DNA of 64,000 bases from Candidatus Fervidifonticultor quintus (GTDB lineage Bacteria; Sysuimicrobiota; Sysuimicrobiia; Sysuimicrobiales; Humicultoraceae), in contig JAVKIJ010000006.1 in the NCBI GenBank assembly GCA_031459535.1, positions 1-64,000 on the forward strand, given 5' to 3'. This document shows positions 59,974 through 64,000 of the stretch, piece by piece. The notes beneath the pieces are model-generated. The model saw only the letters and a list, made by a program, of their open reading frames with translations, was not told the DNA's origin and searched no databases. Made by a program: the position numbers and the translations under genes. Positions within the stretch are counted from its first letter, which is position 1. Every line of letters starts with the position of its first letter.

Positions 59974-61491
59974 ATGCACCCACAATACGCCTCGATAGAC
60001 GGCTCTCCGTCAGAGCGCCAACGCCACATCTATCTCCTCAGCCCCAGGCTCCTTCCCCCTGAGGTCATTGCCGTGGCCTTCGCGAAGACCTCGCGCAGCC
60101 CCAGGCCGTTCCACGAGATCGCCGCAGAGCTCACCGAGGCCACCTCCAGCGAGTTCCACGAGAAGTGGGTCGTGGGGTACGGGCACGCCTCGGTGGCCGA
60201 GCACGCGGTGCTGCACCTGGCCGTGGAGAACGTCTCGCGGCTGGCGATCGAGAGCCTGGAGAGCAACCGGCTGGCCTCCTACACCGAGAAGTCCACGCGC
60301 TACCAGATCTTCGACACGTTCTACGTGCCGCCGGCGATTGCCGCCTCGCGGCACGCCGACCGGTACGTGGCGACCTGCCAGCACCTGTTCGAGACCTACC
60401 GGGCCAGTCTGGAGCCGGTGCGGCGGGTCATCGAGGCGCAGCACCCCAGGCGGGACGACGAGCCGGAACGGGCGTATACGGGCCGCATCCGGTCCAAGTA
60501 CGTGGACGTCTGCCGCTTCCTTCTGCCCTGCGCCACCGTCGCCAACGTGGGCATGACGGTCAACGCCCGCGCGCTCGAGCACGCGCTCACCAAGATGCTC
60601 TCCCACCCGCTCGAAGAGGTCCGGGCCGTGGGCGCCGAGGTGAAACGGGTGGCCCAAACCGAGGTGCCCACGCTGGTCAAGTACGCCGCGCCGAACCGCT
60701 ACATGACCGAGACCGCCTCCGCGCTGGAAGCTGCCGCGCGCACCGCAGCGGCCCAAGACAGCGACGCGGCCGGTGCCGCCAGCGAGACGCCTGGGGCCGG
60801 CGTGCGACTCGTTCAGTACGACCGCGACGCCGAACTGCGCGTGGTGGCCGCCTGCCTGTACCGCTACGGGGCCATGGCCTACCACGAGGCTTGGAGGCGG
60901 GCCAGTGCCCTCGGTCCGTCGGGGCGGCTGGCTGTGATCGCGGCGGCGCTGGAGCGGCTGGACCGATTCGACACGCCGCTACGGGAACTGGAGCACACGA
61001 GCTACACCTTTGACATCGTCTGCGACCAGGGCGCCTACTTCGACTTGAAGCGTCACCGGATGATGACGCAGAGCCCTCAGGCACCGACGGTAGACCTCGG
61101 CTACGCCGTGCCCCGCGCGATCGACGACGCGGGGCTGGGCCGGCGGTTTCGGGAAACGGTGGACCGGGCCACCGAGGCCTACCGGGTCATCGCGCGCGAC
61201 CTGCCCCACGAAGCCGGCTACCTGATGACCAATGCCCACAACCGCCGCTTCTTGGCCACGATGAACCTCCGCGAGCTCTACAGCATGGTGCCGCTGCGGG
61301 CCCGCGAGGCCGGCCACTTCTCGTACCGCCGGGTGGCGCTGCAGATCTACGAAGCGGTGCGCGCCGTTCACCCCGGGCTGGTCGCGCACGTGAGATTCGG
61401 GTACCAGCCGCCGTCAGCGGCGGCACTGGAGGCGCAGTTCTTCTCCGAGGTGGCCCGCGGCCTGGAGCCGATTCCCACGCTGACCACCTGA
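59974..61491 (+). CDS. thyX: FAD-dependent thymidylate synthase family, tandem Thy1 domains
   Basis: GYGHASVAEH..EKSTRY in domain 1; RELEH..LKRHR..NLREL in domain 2. Confidence 0.8.
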   Translation: MHPQYASIDGSPSERQRHIYLLSPRLLPPEVIAVAFAKTSRSPRPFHEIAAELTEATSSEFHEKWVVGYGHASVAEHAVLHLAVENVSRLAIESLESNRLASYTEKSTRYQIFDTFYVPPAIAASRHADRYVATCQHLFETYRASLEPVRRVIEAQHPRRDDEPERAYTGRIRSKYVDVCRFLLPCATVANVGMTVNARALEHALTKMLSHPLEEVRAVGAEVKRVAQTEVPTLVKYAAPNRYMTETASALEAAARTAAAQDSDAAGAASETPGAGVRLVQYDRDAELRVVAACLYRYGAMAYHEAWRRASALGPSGRLAVIAAALERLDRFDTPLRELEHTSYTFDIVCDQGAYFDLKRHRMMTQSPQAPTVDLGYAVPRAIDDAGLGRRFRETVDRATEAYRVIARDLPHEAGYLMTNAHNRRFLATMNLRELYSMVPLRAREAGHFSYRRVALQIYEAVRAVHPGLVAHVRFGYQPPSAAALEAQFFSEVARGLEPIPTLTT

Positions 61492-61540
61492 GAGTCGTCG
61501 CCACCCGGCCGGCACGGCCGGGACTGCGAGGCCAACTGCC

Positions 61541-62188
61541 GTGAGCGATCCCGCCACGCGGGCGTTTGTCGCGGTCTGCATCCTGCTGATCGGCGGGTAC
61601 CTGATCGGGCTGCGGCTCAACCGACGTGCCGGGCGCGGCATCGCCCGATGGGTGCGCGAGGGCCTGGCGGTGACGGGTGGGTCCGCCACGATCAGATGGC
61701 TGGGGGCATCGGGCCTCACCGTCGAGGCCCGGGACCTGTCGCCACCGATGGCCGCGCTTCGGGCCACCGCACTGCTGCTACCCCGGGAGATCACCCTGCT
61801 GTGGCTCTACTACTGGCTGCGCGGGCGACCCGATCTGCTGGTCCTGCGCTTTCAGCTTCGGGCCCCGCCGCGCCACGACATCGAGGTCGTCTCGCGCGGC
61901 TCGCCGTTCGCACGCGGTGCGCTGGCCGAGATTGCGGCCGACCACCGGTGGGCGACGCAACCTGTCGGCCGGTTCGCCGTCGCCACGAGGGACCCGGACC
62001 GCGACACGGCCGAGCGGATCTGGAGCCTGCTGGAACCGGCCTCGGCCGGGATACTGCAGGTGTCCATCCGGCCAGGTGCGCCCCACATGCAGATCGGCGT
62101 GGCACCTGCCCACATTTCGGACGCAGCCGCCTTCTGGCGCGCCCTGGTGGGGGCCGCGCGGCTAGTCACCGGAGAGGCTGGGCATTAG
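61541..62188 (+). CDS. Membrane-anchored hypothetical protein
   Basis: N-terminal TM helix followed by a soluble domain; converges on the next gene with a 4-nt overlap. Confidence 0.65.
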   Translation: MSDPATRAFVAVCILLIGGYLIGLRLNRRAGRGIARWVREGLAVTGGSATIRWLGASGLTVEARDLSPPMAALRATALLLPREITLLWLYYWLRGRPDLLVLRFQLRAPPRHDIEVVSRGSPFARGALAEIAADHRWATQPVGRFAVATRDPDRDTAERIWSLLEPASAGILQVSIRPGAPHMQIGVAPAHISDAAAFWRALVGAARLVTGEAGH

Positions 62189-62670
62189 CCCGGCGCCAGG
62201 GGCGCCTGCGGACCATGACACCGGAGGTGACCCAGGGCCTCCAGCAGCGTCCGCAGGTCATCCATGGAGACGGCGCCCGAGAGTTCCACGGCGATCAGCC
62301 GCTGCGTCTGCGGGCAGTAGTGCCGCATGCGCAGCGCCGCCACCGTCCGTCGCCGCAGCCAGCCGTCGCGCCGCCGACCCAGCCGGTACTCCCCGGGGTG
62401 CCCCCCAATCTCCACCGGGCCGCCTGCCGTAGCCTCCGCCAGCGGCCGCAGCGGCCGGCGCGCTGGCCGCCCGGGGGCCACCGTCACGACCAGGTCCGCG
62501 CGCACGCGCCGCTCGGGGTCGAACACCACGTGCCTGGTCTCCCCCGAGGCCACCCAGTACCGGTCGCCTTCCCGCACCGTGGTGTGGACCTCGGGCATCA
62601 CCGTGGCCCGGCTCAGCCGCCACGGCGGCGGCAGCGGGACGGAGACGAACCCGCTGGCGCCGACGAGCAC
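62185..62670 (-). CDS. Hypothetical protein downstream of the ArsA-like pair
   Basis: ORF fills the gap. The frame stays open upstream, so a CTG start near 62700 after GGAG is possible. Confidence 0.55.
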   Translation of the reverse strand: MLVGASGFVSVPLPPPWRLSRATVMPEVHTTVREGDRYWVASGETRHVVFDPERRVRADLVVTVAPGRPARRPLRPLAEATAGGPVEIGGHPGEYRLGRRRDGWLRRRTVAALRMRHYCPQTQRLIAVELSGAVSMDDLRTLLEALGHLRCHGPQAPLAPG

Positions 62671-62713
62671 GTTGTAGGCTTCCAGCAGGTGGTAGATCAG
62701 GGTGCTCTCCGCG

Positions 62714-63742
62714 TCAGGCGAACAGCAGACCGGCCAACCGCTCGAGCATGGGCACGCCCCGCACCTCGGTTTCGAACAGCGGGATCACCGCGCGCACCAT
62801 GTCGGGGAAGACGCGGGCGATCTCGTCGCGGTAGGCCTCCTGCATCGCGATCCGGTTGAGGACGAACTCCGAGGTGGCCGCGGTCTGGGGCCGTTCGATC
62901 ACCCCGTTGACGATCACGCCGCCCACCGGAATCCCGAAGTCGTGGAACCAGTCGATGAACCGGCGGATCACGGCGATGGGGAGCGCCTCGGGTAGTGTCA
63001 CGAAGAAGAAGGCCGTCAGCGCTTCGTCGGTGAGCAGGCGCTTGGCCTGGCCGATGCGCTCGCGGAACTTGAGCAGGTACTCGAGCAGCGGATCCCGCTC
63101 GTCTTCCCTCTTGCTGTAGGACAGGATCTTGCGCAGCGACCGGGCCTCCTCCCGGCTCTGGACCATCTTCTGCACCCACATGGAGTAGACCGCCGACATG
63201 CCGAGCAGGCGCCGGGCGTTGGCCGTAGGCGCGGTGTCGAACACGTAGACCTCGTACTCGTCCCGAAAGATCACGTCGATCATGCTCTCGAACATGGCCG
63301 ACTCTTCGAAGGCCGGGTTCATGGTGGCTGACTCGACGAAGGCATCGGCCTTGGTGCGGATCTCCGCGTACTTCAGGAACCAGTCGATCTTCTCTTTGAT
63401 CTCCCGCTTGGAGCGCTCGATGGTGTCCCGGGTGTCGATCTCGTGGGCCCACAGCGAGGGTGCGCCGGCCACCGGCGTCGCCCGCCCGAACACGTCCTGG
63501 TCCAGCAGGCCGCTGAGGCTGTGCACTGGGTTGGTGGAGACCAGCAGCACGCGTCGGCCCCGGCGCGCCATGCCCAGCGCCACCGCGCCGGCCATCACGG
63601 TCTTGCCCACACCGCCCTTGCCGCCGAGGAACAGGTACTTGAGCGTGGGCCGGGCCTCCACGACCTGTCGCATGGACTGCTGGATCAGGTCGGTCCAGCG
63701 CACAAGGCTAGCGAGCTGCTGCACGGTCGCCGTCTCCTCCAA
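62714..63742 (-). CDS. ArsA/Get3-family ATPase (single domain)
   Basis: GGKGGVGKT, STNPVHSL, FDTAPTAN, VTLPE and IVN. Confidence 0.9.
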   Translation of the reverse strand: MEETATVQQLASLVRWTDLIQQSMRQVVEARPTLKYLFLGGKGGVGKTVMAGAVALGMARRGRRVLLVSTNPVHSLSGLLDQDVFGRATPVAGAPSLWAHEIDTRDTIERSKREIKEKIDWFLKYAEIRTKADAFVESATMNPAFEESAMFESMIDVIFRDEYEVYVFDTAPTANARRLLGMSAVYSMWVQKMVQSREEARSLRKILSYSKREDERDPLLEYLLKFRERIGQAKRLLTDEALTAFFFVTLPEALPIAVIRRFIDWFHDFGIPVGGVIVNGVIERPQTAATSEFVLNRIAMQEAYRDEIARVFPDMVRAVIPLFETEVRGVPMLERLAGLLFA

Positions 63743-64000
63743 ACATGGCCTCGGCCATGCGCTCGATCATGGGCAGGCCGGTCACGTCCCGCTCGAACTC
63801 GGGCACATAGGCCAGGACCTGATTGCCGAAGAGCGTCTCGATCTTCTCCAGGTAGGTGCGCTGCATCTTGAGGCGGTTGCGCAAATAGTCGGGAATCTCC
63901 TGGCGGGCCAGCTCTTCGGGAAGCACGCGGTTGACCACGTAGCCGCTGAGCGGCACCTGGAACTTAGCGAAGAGCTGGGCGGCCTTCTGCGTGTCGATGA
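63708..64000 (-). CDS. Second ArsA/Get3-family ATPase, C-terminal part (start outside the window)
   Basis: IDTQKAAQLF..VVNRVLP..Q..YL..I..F..VPEFERDVTG parallels the C-terminus of the neighbouring gene. Confidence 0.85.
   Translation of the reverse strand, partial: IDTQKAAQLFAKFQVPLSGYVVNRVLPEELARQEIPDYLRNRLKMQRTYLEKIETLFGNQVLAYVPEFERDVTGLPMIERMAEAMFGGDGDRAAAR

Noticed and set aside
62714-64000. Arsenite-resistance arsA
   Set aside because: Single-domain proteins without metalloid-binding cysteines, and no arsB/arsD/arsR in view.

Overview
High-GC bacterial chromosomal window with four parts. (1) 1-8840 is housekeeping, all on the minus strand: a truncated ligA; a SAM-I riboswitch heading a homoserine kinase / threonine-synthase-like / sulfur-carrier operon, probably for homocysteine synthesis; a panB / core methionine synthase / unknown-protein operon; a TSUP transporter with DUF1634; and an aldo/keto reductase. 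(2) About 9300-12270 is a decayed integron that the ORF track does not show. It has a fragmented IntI pointing toward the array, an attI1-like site, two attC sites and three cassettes (DUF4440; a 34-aa peptide plus DUF2892; a Schlafen/AlbA_2 protein). (3) lgt, a GGDEF protein, a DUF3054-like gene and a complete nuoA-N operon follow. (4) 29111-56173 is a 27-kb defence island with a DISARM-related/ARMADA-like core (SNF2 helicase, N6-adenine MTase, UvrD, and a YprA/DUF1998 helicase-nuclease fusion). The core is split by cargo: an inverted 1252-aa REase-like protein, a truncated XRE-IrrE gene plus PIN, a Hel308/Ski2-SWIM helicase, a frameshifted RecD-nuclease, a scar of a second YprA allele, an IS630 remnant and an RHH/MazF toxin-antitoxin pair. 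The window ends with iscS, a sugar dehydrogenase, MDP-1, a Nudix hydrolase, a tandem ThyX and two ArsA/Get3 ATPases. All family calls come from motifs recognised by eye; no searches or GC calculations were run.
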